A stretch of DNA of 64,000 nucleotides. Source: Callorhinchus milii (taxonomy: Eukaryota). Each line of letters starts with the position of its first letter. The first letter of the stretch is position 1. Location: NCBI RefSeq assembly GCF_018977255.1, contig NW_024704762.1, positions 10,168,001 through 10,232,000 of the forward strand, written 5' to 3'. The position numbers and the translations under genes are program-made. Below the pieces are notes generated by a model. It searched no databases. It had not been told where the DNA came from and was given only the letters and a program-made list of their open reading frames with translations. This document shows, piece after piece, positions 12,472 to 23,325 of the stretch.

Positions 12472-15400
12472 CTGTGGACATAAACGTTAGAAACTTACAT
12501 TTAATCTAGTGTTTTGGGAGGCGGGGAGGGGATGGCGTGGCAGCAGGGGGTAAAAAGGCAGTTAACAACGTGCTAATTAACTAAACGAAACCCCTCAACC
12601 AACTCTAGGCTGTTGTTTAGGGGGTGTCAGCTGGTTAATTTCTTGCCCAAAAAGGGAAGGTGGAAGCAGATTTGATAGCAGCTTTGTAAAGGGAGTTGGA
12701 CAGGTACTTAAAAAGGAACAATGTGCAGGGCTGGGGGTGGGTGGTGAGGTAAGAGCGGGGGGAGTGGGACTAGTTGGGGTAAGAGCGGGGGGAGTGGGAC
12801 TAGTTGGGGTAAGAGCGGGTGGCGTTGGACTAGTTGGGGTAAAAGCGGGGAGCGCGGCACTAGATGGGGTAAGAGCGGGGGGCGTGGGACTAGATGGAGG
12901 GGAGTGGGGATTAGTTGGGGTAAGAGTGGGGGGAGTGGGACTAGATGGAGGGGAGTGAGGATTAGTTGGGGTAAGAGCGGGGGGAGTGGAGATTAGTTGT
13001 GGTAAGAGTGAGCGGCGTGGGACTAGATGGCAGCTCTTTCAAAGAGCCGCCACAGACAGGATGGGCCGAATGGCTGCGACTGAGTGAATCAGCAGAGCCT
13101 TCAAGAGTAGAGTTTCCACAGGAGGGAACACAGAGTCAGCAATGATTGGGTTCAGGGCCAGTGTTAACATGAGGGTAGGCTTAACCCCAACGCGAGGATG
13201 ACTAGGGGGGCAGTGGGGAGGAGGGCAGAGCCAGCCCCCAGCTGGTACTTTGGGGAGTTGACAGCAACACAATCTCGGGGGGAATGTGGAGACCGATCGC
13301 TGAGGACAATAGCTGCGCTGATTGTTGTTACTCACATATTATGGAGATGTTGGGTTCGCTCTGAAGGAGGTGAAAGAGAAAGAGGTTATTACATTACAAC
13401 ATCATTTACATTTACACAGCGGCTTTCACAGCGAGAGGACGTCTCAAAGCCCTTCACAACACTGGCTGGGCACCCGAGCTGGGGGGGGAGAATTGGGGGG
13501 AGGGAATTGAGACACTGCCTTAAACGAAGGGAGGGAGTGAGTGAGTTGGAGGAAGCGAATCGGAGGGAGGGAGGGAGTAGAGATTGAAACTGAACATGCA
13601 TGGAATACAAGCTCGACTAGTCCACTATTTGTGTAATATTTTAGAGCGAATTTCTGTGAAGGGAAGTGAACACGGCAGCCAATTCACACACATCAGCATC
13701 TCACAAACAGCCACTGACAACCAGCTTTATGGTGAACGACCAGGTTTATGGTGAACGACCAGGTTTATGGTGAACGACCAGGTTTATGGTGAACGATCAG
13801 GTTTATGGTGAACGACCAGGTTTATGGTGAACGACCAGGTGTTACCTTCGCCTTTTTTCCTCTTCCGAAAGCAGGTGATCACGGTCAGTAAGAGCAGGAA
13901 CATGGCTATGACTCCGACAATGACAGAGAGAACGATCAACAAGAGTTGGACGCCTGGAGTCACAAAACAATCACAGCGTTACTGAGATCAACTTATTAAG
14001 AATAATAGTAATCCTTAAACAGGTTAACACATCCCCACAAACTGCACCCCAATATAACCAGTGTAGTAGGGAAGGTACGTACATTGGACATCGTGTGAGG
14101 TCCAGTTCCCCGAGTCCTGACAAACCGTCTCAAGGTCACCGTGAAGAACATATCCCCCATCACACGAGAAATAGCAACTGGCGTTGTAGTGAGTGTCACC
14201 GTAGAGACCAGAACAGTTCAGCTCACCGTACTGTGGGGAATCCAGAGCCTGGCAGGGAACAGCTGGGAGGGGTGGACACAGACACACACACACACGGACA
14301 CACACACACACAGACACACACACACACAGACACACAGACACACACAGACACAATAAAACATGCCACACAACATACACCAAACACACCCACACCAATAAAC
14401 CACACACACAGACACACACACACACACACACACACAGACACACACACAGACACACACACACACACAGAGTAAAATTAGGTCACAAATTTTTTAGAAACTT
14501 TTTTTCTTCTAATATTACATATTAATATTACATTTCACACCAAACCTGGACCCTTATCAGTGTAATTAATGCATCACTATCACTATATGAGCCGCACTCC
14601 TCTGAGCTCTCACTGGTGACCGCCCCCCACTCCCCCAACCCCCAGATCGGCTGTTGTCCTGATGGCGTTGGTCGTGTAAAGAGATTTGCCGATAGAGCCA
14701 TAGACGTTTACACACCAGAAGGCGGCCATTCCGCTTGTCCTGCCTGTGCTCTTTGGGAGAGCAATCCTTTCAGTCCCACTTACCCGAGTTCTCTCTTCCC
14801 TTCAAATCCCCGATCTCCGCAAATTACCCCTTTTTGGATTTCGACCTGAGTTCCCTCTCGGAAGTGTAAGATTATATTTGTGATGTTTAATGTTTTTTTT
14901 AATGTTTTTTTAATGCTTTTAGAATGTAACCTACCCATAATCCGTTAATAAGATTGATGTGATTTAATGACTCGCTGACCAAGGGCTTAAAAGTAGCTGT
15001 GCTGGACGGGCTGAGGTCATCTTCTGATTACATTCCATATTTTCCTGGGAAGATGTTCACTCCTCTGAGATAATGAGAAATCGGGTCCTTGAGCATAGAT
15101 ATAAGTACAATGGACCACAAAAAGAATAGGCTGCAGCCTCAGACACCTGCCTATCTCAAGGCTGTGGGAGGCTGCCCAGAAGTTGCCCATATCTCTCTCT
15201 CGCAAGGCAGCCTGTGTAGGGTGGGGGCTATCTCTGTGACCAGGGGAGGGCCTTGCGTGGGGTGGGGACTGTCTGTCTCTGTGACAAGGGGAAGTGGAGG
15301 TAGAAACAAATAAAGGAACGATGTAACTTTGGAATAGTTGGAGTTGTGTAGCGGATCAGTGCATTTTCCAGTGGAATCCATATCGAATCTCCTGTAGCTA

Positions 15401-18400
15401 TGGTCTCAGTTATATGCAAGTCAAAGATCACAAGAACTAGGACTGATCAACCCAAGGGACCAGAAAGGAGAACTGTAGATGGACAGGGGGAGGGGATTTA
15501 CCTCCAGTGTGAAAGTGACCATTAAAAGGGAAAGAGGAGTAGTGAGGTCCGTAAGGAAGGAGGACTTTCTCCAGTCGGAGTCTGGTGTTTTCGCAGGTAA
15601 TGTACATTTCGATTGTTATGCTGTATTAAAACTCTATGCTGATGTGATAATATATCAATGTTAATGCAGAGACTGTTGCTGTTTGTGTGCGAATAAATGA
15701 CCTTTATTTACTCTGAATCTGTGTGTGTCCTCATATTGAGTGAACTGAGGCTCCAGCAAACCTAATAAAAGCTAATCTTGGTCCTGCCTCGATCATCACA
15801 TCCCAACAGCTCTCTCGCTCTGTGAAGAAAATTCCTCCTAATCTTTCCCCAATTTGATCCCTTGTTAACTATTGTAAAACTGATTTCCTCTCTTGGCACC
15901 AACTCCCTGACCAGTGGAAATAATTTCTCCCCAGTGACTCTCTCAAAACCTCTCGTCATTAAAACGACCTCGATCGAGGCTTCCCTCAATCAGTCATCAC
16001 TGTTCATAGCTCAAACCAGTCATCACTGGTGTCATCCCAGCACATCTCCTCTATACCCTCTCCATGTCTTTCCTCAGTAGGTACGAAAACCCGACACATT
16101 ATTCTTACAGTAATAAATACATGGCCATCTATCTATCTCTGGGATTTCAGTGAATAGGTGGGATGCATGGATTCTCAGTTAGGTTTGGTGATGGGTTTCC
16201 ACGTGTGTCAGACATCCGGCTGACCAAAAAAAAGATAGCAATGGATGGAAGGTTGGCATTATAAAAGGCTGGACTTCTCCGGGCCACACAACATACTACA
16301 CAGCAAAATGAAGTATTTCACAGTCTGATCAGCCATGTTTCATTTCCTGATATTGGGTGAAGGAGGAGGTGGAGGGGTGGGTGGGAGGGGAAAGGAGAAG
16401 GAAACCACTGCCAAATAATATGACTAAACTCTCAGATGACTGTAACTGGAAACGTGCGACAGTGACATACTGCCAGCTTGCGGTTATACCATGGACGGTC
16501 ATGCTCAGGGAGGCAGTGGCAAGTTCTCGTTATGTGTGATATTCACACTAGTTTCGTCTGAACTGGTTTCATCAACATTTGCTCCTCTTCCTCCCTCGAC
16601 TTCTTCAAACCCCAAGATTTCCACGCCCCTCCTCCACCCACGATTGTCTCCCCCCCACCCCCACCACATCACCTTGGTGATGACACACCCTCAGAAACCT
16701 CAAACATGATCTGCTCGTCCCCAGGAGGTGACGTTACTGCTGCTATTTATTGGTTTCCGCTATTTTCCGCTGAACTAACTTTGGTTGTAGCCCCACCAAC
16801 AGCTCCTTCTACACCACACCCTCCCCCTAACTATTCTAAATGTATTCTCACTACAATTCAGTTTTGTTAGTCCATTTTGTCGAGATGTCTAAAATCAAGA
16901 TGCTCAGTGCATGGGAAATGGTATTGTTCATAGGAACAGGAGGAGGCCATTCAGCCCCTCAAGCCTGTTCTGTCATTCTATAAGATCATGGCTGATCTGT
17001 ATCTCGACTCCAATTACCCGCCTTTGACCTGTATCCCTTGATCCCCTGACCTAACAAATAGCTATTCACCTCAGTCTTGAAACTCATGCTTGCATTCCAA
17101 CAAAGTCAACTGCTCTCAGGACCCATCTTTTTGCTCCCCTTGTCCTGCCCTGTCCTGCCCTGTTAACATGCCCTGTGAGAAGAGGCAGACACCACACCCT
17201 GTTTGGGGAGGGGCACTTAGGATGTGTGATGCAGGATCCGTATTGGCTTTCAACAGGGAACAGGGATACCTAAAGAGGTGTCATTTGCAGAGGTTTTGGG
17301 AGAAAAGGCAATGGGACTGAGTGGATTCTTTGCTGCCAAAGTAGATAATATTCAAGTGAATATCCTTGAGTTTGATGTAGAAGCACCATTCATGTTGGGG
17401 GATGCCTCAAAGCCCTTCCTGTAATGTTCAGTGAGAATAAAGTGTGGCTTTATTGTAAGCTAATGCCAGTGCAAGTGTGAAAGGAGAAGCAATCACTATG
17501 GTGACGGCTCAGGGTGGGTGTTATATTAGTCCCCAAAACTGTGGTTTACTTCTGCAGAAGCTGAGTCCAGGCAATCACAACAACAACAACAAGATTACAT
17601 TTGTATGGCACCTTTCATGTCGGGAGGGCACTAAAGAGGGCAAAAGCTACAAACGGTGCAAATATTGTCGTCAATAATAAAAAGTGAAGAATTGCAATAA
17701 TAATAAAGCCTAAACGGTTTAGCGGTGTCCGGCTCACTTACCTCGGCAGGTTGTACCAGGAGAGCTCCAGTCGCCGGTATCTTGGCACCTTGTCCGTGTC
17801 GTCCCGTTCGGAATAAAGCCCACATCACAAGTGAACGTGCACTCAGACTGAAAGTGCTGCTCACCGTACAGTCCCTCACATTTGACGCTGCCGTGGCTCG
17901 GTTTGGTAATCGCAGGACAAGATTGGACTGGAGCACATAAACACACACAGGGCAAAATGTTCAGCTCAGCTGAGGGGTAGGGGATGGGGGCTGGGAAGGG
18001 GGAGGCTATTCGGCTCACAGTGTGTCTGTGCCATCGCTATCTCTGTGGTGGTCTCAGATCGCTGAGCCAGGCGGGTCCACAGGATTCAAGCACGAAGATG
18101 GTCATCGTAGCCGTTCATCACTAAAGTGCCAGACACCACCCGACCGACCCCCAGAATATTCTGCATGCAAGCCATAAATATTCCCGGCTTCATTCACTTA
18201 CGAGAGATTCACTACAGCAAGACTCTATCGATTTGGTTAACTGACAATTAAACGCTTGTTATGCACTTGATAGCTATTCGGTTAATTAACAGATAAGCGT
18301 GTGTCCGTGCTCCACAACATATGATTGTGTTACGTCCCTCGGCTGTCTATACTGTACTTACCGTGTTCACAGTTTTTACCGGAGAAAACATGCTCACAAT

Positions 18401-20008
18401 CACACGTGAAATCATTTGCCATCTCAGTGCAGTTGCCTCTGGAGTTGCAAGTTGTCGGTTTGCATTGAACTGCGGGGAAAGGGGAACGAACGCAGGGGTC
18501 AGTGTTGAGCTGGGGGTGGGGTGTGTGGGGTGTGTAGGGTGTGTGTGGGGTGTGTGTTTGTGTGGGTATGTGTATGTGGGTTTGTGTGTGTGAGGTGTAT
18601 GTGGGATGTGTGTCTGCTCACACGTCACACAATAAATAATAATAATAATCCTTCCATTTAATATAGCGCCTTACCACATCTTTATGATGTCTCAAGGGAT
18701 TTCACAGAATATACTGTACAGTGAATTGACTGTATATTTTGTGATCACAATTAAATCACCTAAACCAACACTGGTTAAAATTCGTCCATGTGCTTCAAAG
18801 GTGTATTTCATATTGCTTGAGAAAGCAGCAATGTCCCATTGCATGAAACAAACAGTCGTGGCTTAAGTGACCAAATTATTATTTTTTTTGCTTCCCCGTT
18901 ACCCTCAGGAGCCTGATCCATAAGTTTACTACTTGATCACTGAAGCAGTGTTTATGCAGATTCTTTCTGAATTTACCACTTTCAATCGCAACCGACTGAT
19001 TGGAACCGTGTCCTCTGGTTCTACTGTTCTGGACAAGATTAAAAACACCTTAACATGGTCTACATTGTGATATATCTGTCCCTCTTGGAGGCAACCAAGA
19101 GAGAGTAATCCTCACTTACTTCACACAAACTTAGACAAACAGGATAGGTGGGGACTTACATTCCTGGCACACGTAATACTTGCTGCTCGAGCAAGATACA
19201 CTATTCCATTTGTGGTCATTATGTAACTCCGCACAATATTCATAAGCCAAAATGCGGTTGCTGGGCTCTCCAGACCCCCATTTGGTGTAGGACACTGGTT
19301 GATTGGAGCCTGTGAGGCACCAATTGCTCCCACACTTGGTCACTCCAAACCAAACTCTGTTGACACCAGTCACCTCCACCAGATACCGATGGAGCTCTTC
19401 GCTGTAGACTTCAGCCAGTCCATCGGAATGTGCTTTGCAGTCCTCGGATGATTGTGGAAATGTCTTTGGTACTTGGAACAACTTGAAGACGACACTTTCA
19501 GAAACGCACAGACACCCTAAACACACGGAAACAGCCGATTAGAAACAACATACCGTTCGCTCAGGTTATGTGACCAAATTTAGTGGGGAGAAGCCCTGTC
19601 CCTTCCAAGTTCTGCTGATGGGCCAGGCTGGGCTGGTGTGATCAGCAATGCCCTGGAGCACTGCAGACACGTCGCGCTCAGGAACAAGACTACTGAGGGA
19701 GAGAGAGAGAGAGACTCTCACAGAGGATTGACTGGATTCCAACATCCCTTTGCCAAGCACATCACCTTAGCTTCAAGGAGAAGCACTTACCTCGTTTCTC
19801 TCACAAGGAGAATAGTCATCATTTCCTGCAAATGGACGGCACTGAATTCGGTGGATTTAATATGATTGCGGAAATGGAAATGTAATAGTTTCGAGGTTAG
19901 GTTTTACAAAACCACAATTAATTGAAACAACGTTAAAAAAATGACAGCAGTTAAATAATAAATGTTCGTACCAGACAGGAGAAGAAACCGTGAGACGTTG
20001 GCAATCAT
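12303..20008 (-). CDS. Selectin-like gene copy A (SP-CTLD-EGF-CCP-CCP-TM-tail), 389 aa, 8 coding exons
   Basis: join(20008-19972, 19516-19160, 18469-18362, 17927-17742, 14262-14083, 13953-13846, 13360-13336, 12471-12303) = 1170 nt. All introns are GT-AG, phases are consistent and the frame is open. Domain order matches L-selectin; orthology is not established. Confidence 0.88.
13336..13360 (-). CDS. Selectin-like A 25-nt cytoplasmic micro-exon (ERTQHLHN)
   Basis: ctccttcag|AG...AT|gtgagt. It converts phase 1 to the phase 2 needed by the last exon, and differs from copy B only by a synonymous change. Confidence 0.8.
13724..13840. repeat. 19-bp VNTR (CAGGTTTATGGTGAACGAC), ~6 copies
   Basis: Visible directly; only ~2.5 copies at the paralogous site 22790-22838. 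Confidence 0.9.
13846..13953 (-). CDS. Selectin-like A transmembrane exon
   Basis: gactccag|GC GTC CAA...; (C)[35 protein letters not shown]|gtaaca. Hydrophobic helix followed by a polybasic stop-transfer stretch. Confidence 0.88.
14083..14262 (-). CDS. Selectin-like A CCP/sushi domain 2 exon (180 nt)
   Basis: [59 protein letters not shown](C); selectin-type six-Cys CCP. Confidence 0.92.
14865..15767 (+). mobile_element. Putative solo LTR nested in a LINE fragment
   Basis: Starts TGTAAG, has AATAAA near 15692 and ends CCTAATA (expected ...CA). Flanks GAAG/AAAG form an imperfect 4-bp TSD. It lies within a ~2.8-kb segment absent from the paralogous intron of copy B. Confidence 0.45.
17742..17927 (-). 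CDS. Selectin-like A CCP/sushi domain 1 exon (186 nt)
   Basis: gctccag|TC CAA...CGA G|gtaagt; [61 protein letters not shown]. Confidence 0.93.
18362..18469 (-). CDS. Selectin-like A EGF domain exon (108 nt)
   Basis: ccccgcag|TT CAA TGC...CAC G|gtaagt; [35 protein letters not shown], with six Cys in EGF spacing. Confidence 0.92.
19160..19516 (-). CDS. Selectin-like A C-type lectin domain exon (357 nt)
   Basis: gtgtttag|GG TGT...GAA T|gtaagt. Contains [19 protein letters not shown] and WNSVSC...YYVC CTLD motifs. Confidence 0.93.
19972..20008 (-). CDS. Selectin-like A start/signal-peptide exon (37 nt coding)
   Basis: ATG ATT GCC AAC...TCT G|gtacga. Spliced to the CTLD exon it gives [20 protein letters not shown], a signal peptide reminiscent of E-selectin MIASQFLSALTL. 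Confidence 0.75.
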
Positions 20009-21224
20009 TCTCCCGGGAGAAAGCCCAGTGACCACACCAACCTTGAGGGAGATTCCAAACTAAGTGCAGCTCTGAATGGACTGAGAGACAGATGACCAGA
20101 CCTCACAGTCTGCTGAACGGAAGCAGAATCTGTCATTAAAGCCAACCCTCAACTTTGGTACAAAATTAGATCCAATCTTTTGTTTCTGAGACTCCTCCCA
20201 GCACCGGCAATACTTAATCCACAAAATAGTTTGTGAGTGATTCTAAGAATCCTCTGGTATCGCTTCCCTGTAGATCTTAGCCTTGGTACAGACCAACCAT
20301 GATGTTTAACATCCCCTCAGCTCTTTCACAATCCCTGAGTACCTACCACATAGTCTGTATAGTCATTACCAGCGCACACGCAGACACATACACACACACC
20401 AACCACGCACACACATGCACACACACATACCAACCACGCACACACATGCACACACACATACCAACCACGCACACACACGTATCAACCATACATACTCATA
20501 TACATACACAGATACCAACCATACACACATATATACACACACACAGTGGACGTAAATGTACAGTACAAGTTATTGTAAAATTAGATTCAGGAAATCACCA
20601 CAAACTGTACAGCACTGAGTGTGGAGAATGTGATGTGTGAAAGATATTTCAAGATAGAGTGCACAGAGACACATTCTCCACACTCAGTGCTGTACAGAAA
20701 ACACATACTGGAGAAATATTCACAACAACAATAATAATCATCGTTGCATTTGATATAGCGCCTTTTGGCATCTTCGAAAGCGCTCTGAGGCACTACTCTG
20801 TGCGGAGGGCGCTATTCAAGTGCAATTTGTTGTTGTTGTCTCACAGCACTTTACAAGATATACTGTAAAGTGTGGTGACTGTATATTTTGTGGTCAAAAC
20901 ATGGCAGCCAATTGCGCACCGCAGCTTCCGCGCACACAGTTGTGGATTGAGAGACCAAATTGTTATTTTTTTTAATCGATTTCTTGTTGAAGAGATTATT
21001 ATTCCCAGAAACACACAAAACTCTTCGGGAAGGTTCACATCACTTCCTCTTTTTAATTTTTTTTAAAAAAAGGAACAGTGTAAATTGACAAGGAACTGGC
21101 GAGACCGAAATCAACACTTTTAGTATTGTTTTAAAAAAATTTGATACGAGACACAGCAATCTAGCTTCCAAACATCTTTTATTTGTGAATCGGTAAATCC
21201 TGACACTCTTTTCCCCCCCGTTAC

Positions 21225-21360
21225 CACTAACTGATTAAACCCACACCAGTACTGGATTAGACCATCACAGCGTACGCTTATATAGGTGACACCTCGCTTA
21301 GAGCATGTACACACTCCAACATGGCTCAAGGGATCTCTCTCAGGGGAGGGCTGATTGGTG
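21225..21360 (-). promoter_or_regulatory. Candidate core promoter of selectin-like A (CCAAT, TATA, short non-coding exon donor)
   Basis: Minus-strand CCAAT at 21358-21354, TATATAAG at 21284-21277 and a GTAACG donor at 21224. The block is conserved in copy B while its flanks diverge. Confidence 0.55.
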
Positions 21361-21466
21361 AATTTACACACGACGAGGGTATAAATCAGAGCTGTACACC
21401 CCATGTGTGTAGGACCTGATTGACACTAAATTGAAGCTCTTCCAACAATGCTCTGTGTCAGTGAGT

Positions 21467-21638
21467 NNNNNNNNNNNNNNNNNNNNNNNNNNNNNNNNNN
21501 NNNNNNNNNNNNNNNNNNNNNNNNNNNNNNNNNNNNNNNNNNNNNNNNNNNNNNNNNNNNNNNNNNNNNNNNNNNNNNNNNNNNNNNNNNNNNNNNNNNN
21601 NNNNNNNNNNNNNNNNNNNNNNNNNNNNNNNNNNNNNN
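21467..21638. other. Assembly gap between the two selectin-like copies
   Basis: Run of N. Confidence 0.99.
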
Positions 21639-21691
21639 AGCGAGTGTCTCAGTCACCAATGCCCTTGTGTTGCCACTGGTGATTGACTGCC

Positions 21692-21860
21692 TCACAGATT
21701 CTCGTAAATGTCCTGCTCTTCCTTGGGGTCGGGGGGACCTCCTCTTCGGGGCGACACGTTGGTGTACAGCAGATCCTCGTCAGCCTCCGCCTCTCGCCCC
21801 GTCATCCGCTTCGCGTACCTCGCGTCCTCCAGCGTTTGTTGCTGCTTCTGTGTCATCAGG
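21692..21860 (-). CDS. Selectin-like B last exon (cytoplasmic tail with LLYTNV and DIYENL)
   Basis: gtgcgcag|C CTG ATG...; LMTQKQQQTLEDARYAKRMTGREAEADEDLLYTNVSPRRGGPPDPKEEQDIYENL*. Confidence 0.82.
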
Positions 21861-23284
21861 CTGCGCACATAGACGTTGGAAACTTAATAATAATCCCGGC
21901 ATTCGACACAGCGCTTCATCACGTCTTCGAGGTGTCTCAAAGCACTTCACAGGATGCACTGTAAAGTGTAGTGACTGTATGTTTTGAGGGCGAAACCCAG
22001 CAGCCAATCACGCACAGCAGCGTCCCCACAAACAGTCGGGGATTAAAGGGATTACTGCTCCCGGAAAAGAGATCCGCCAATCGACTAACAACTGGGTTCC
22101 TACTCACTGCTGGTAAACAGAGGCGTGTGGCGTAAGGAAACTTGCCGACGGTTACACCCTGCACGGGAATCGAACCCAGGTCCTCTCGCTTGCGAGGCGA
22201 GAGCTCTAACCACCGAGCTACAGGACTCCACAGGGTAGGCTTAACCCCAACGCGAGGATGACTAGGGGGGCAGTGGGGAGGAGGGCAGAGCCAGCCCCCA
22301 GCTGGTACTTTGGGGAGTTGACAGCAACACAATCTCGGGGGGAATGCGGAGACCGATCGCTGAGGACAATAGCTGCGCTGATTGTTGTTACTCACATATT
22401 GTGGAGATGTTGGGTTCGCTCTGAAGGAGGTGAAAGAGAAAGAGGTTATTACATTACAACATCATTTACATTTACATTTACACAGCGGCTTTCACAGCGA
22501 GAGGACGTCTCAAAGCCCTTCACAACACTGGCTGGGCACCCGAGCTGGGGGGGGAGAATTGGGGGGAGGGAATTGAGACGCTGCCTTAAACGAAGGGAGG
22601 GAGTGAGTGAGTTGGAGGAAGCGAATCGGAGGGAGGGAGGGAGTAGAGATTGAAACTGAACATGCATGGAATACAAGCTCGACTAGTCCACTATTTGTGT
22701 AATATTTTAGAGCGAATTTCTGCGAAGGGAAGTGAACACGGCAGCCAATTCACACACATCAACATCTCACAAACAGCCACTGACAACCAGCTTTATGGTG
22801 AACGACCAGGTTTATGGTGAACGACCAGGTTTATGGTGTTACCTTCGCCTTTTTTTCTCTTCCGAAAGCAGGTGATCACGGTCAGTAAGAGCAGGAACAT
22901 GGCTACGACTCCGACAATGACAGAGAGAAGGATAAACAAGAGTTGGGGCACTATGTCTGGGACGCCTGGAGTCACAAAACAATCACAGTGTTACTGAGAT
23001 CAACTTATTAAGAATAATAGTAATCCTTAAACACATCCCCACAAACTGCACCCCAATATAACCAGTGTAGTAGGGAAGGTACGTACATTGGACATCGTGT
23101 GAGGTCCAGTTCCCCGAGTCCTGACAAACCGTCTCAAGGTCACCGTGAAGAACATATCCCCCATCACACGAGAAATAGCAACTGGCGTTGTAGTGAGTGT
23201 CACCGTAGAGACCAGAACAGTTCAGTCTACCGTACTGTGGGGAATCCAGAGCCTGGCAGGGAACAGCTGGGAGGGGTGGACACA

Positions 23285-23325
<41 letters not shown>

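Noticed and set aside
12164-12481. ORF-track peptide [13 protein letters not shown]... as the tail of copy A
   Set aside because: Wrong frame. The frame reached via the 25-nt micro-exon conserves stop position and motifs with copy B, whereas this one runs into a SINE.
19791-19825. Exon-like 35-nt segment (ttgcag|...GAG|gtaagt) between the start and CTLD exons of copy A
   Set aside because: Inclusion would frameshift the CTLD, and the acceptor is altered in copy B (gcaag). Direct splicing of the start exon to the CTLD exon already gives a good signal peptide.
21330-21339. GGGATCTCTC as an NF-kB site in the selectin-like promoters
   Set aside because: It does not fit GGGRNWYYCC at the 3' end.
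22150-22229. tRNA-like sequence as a tRNA gene (also ~29780-29848 and ~62385-62456)
   Set aside because: It continues into SINE body and tail in several diverged copies, so it is a SINE head.
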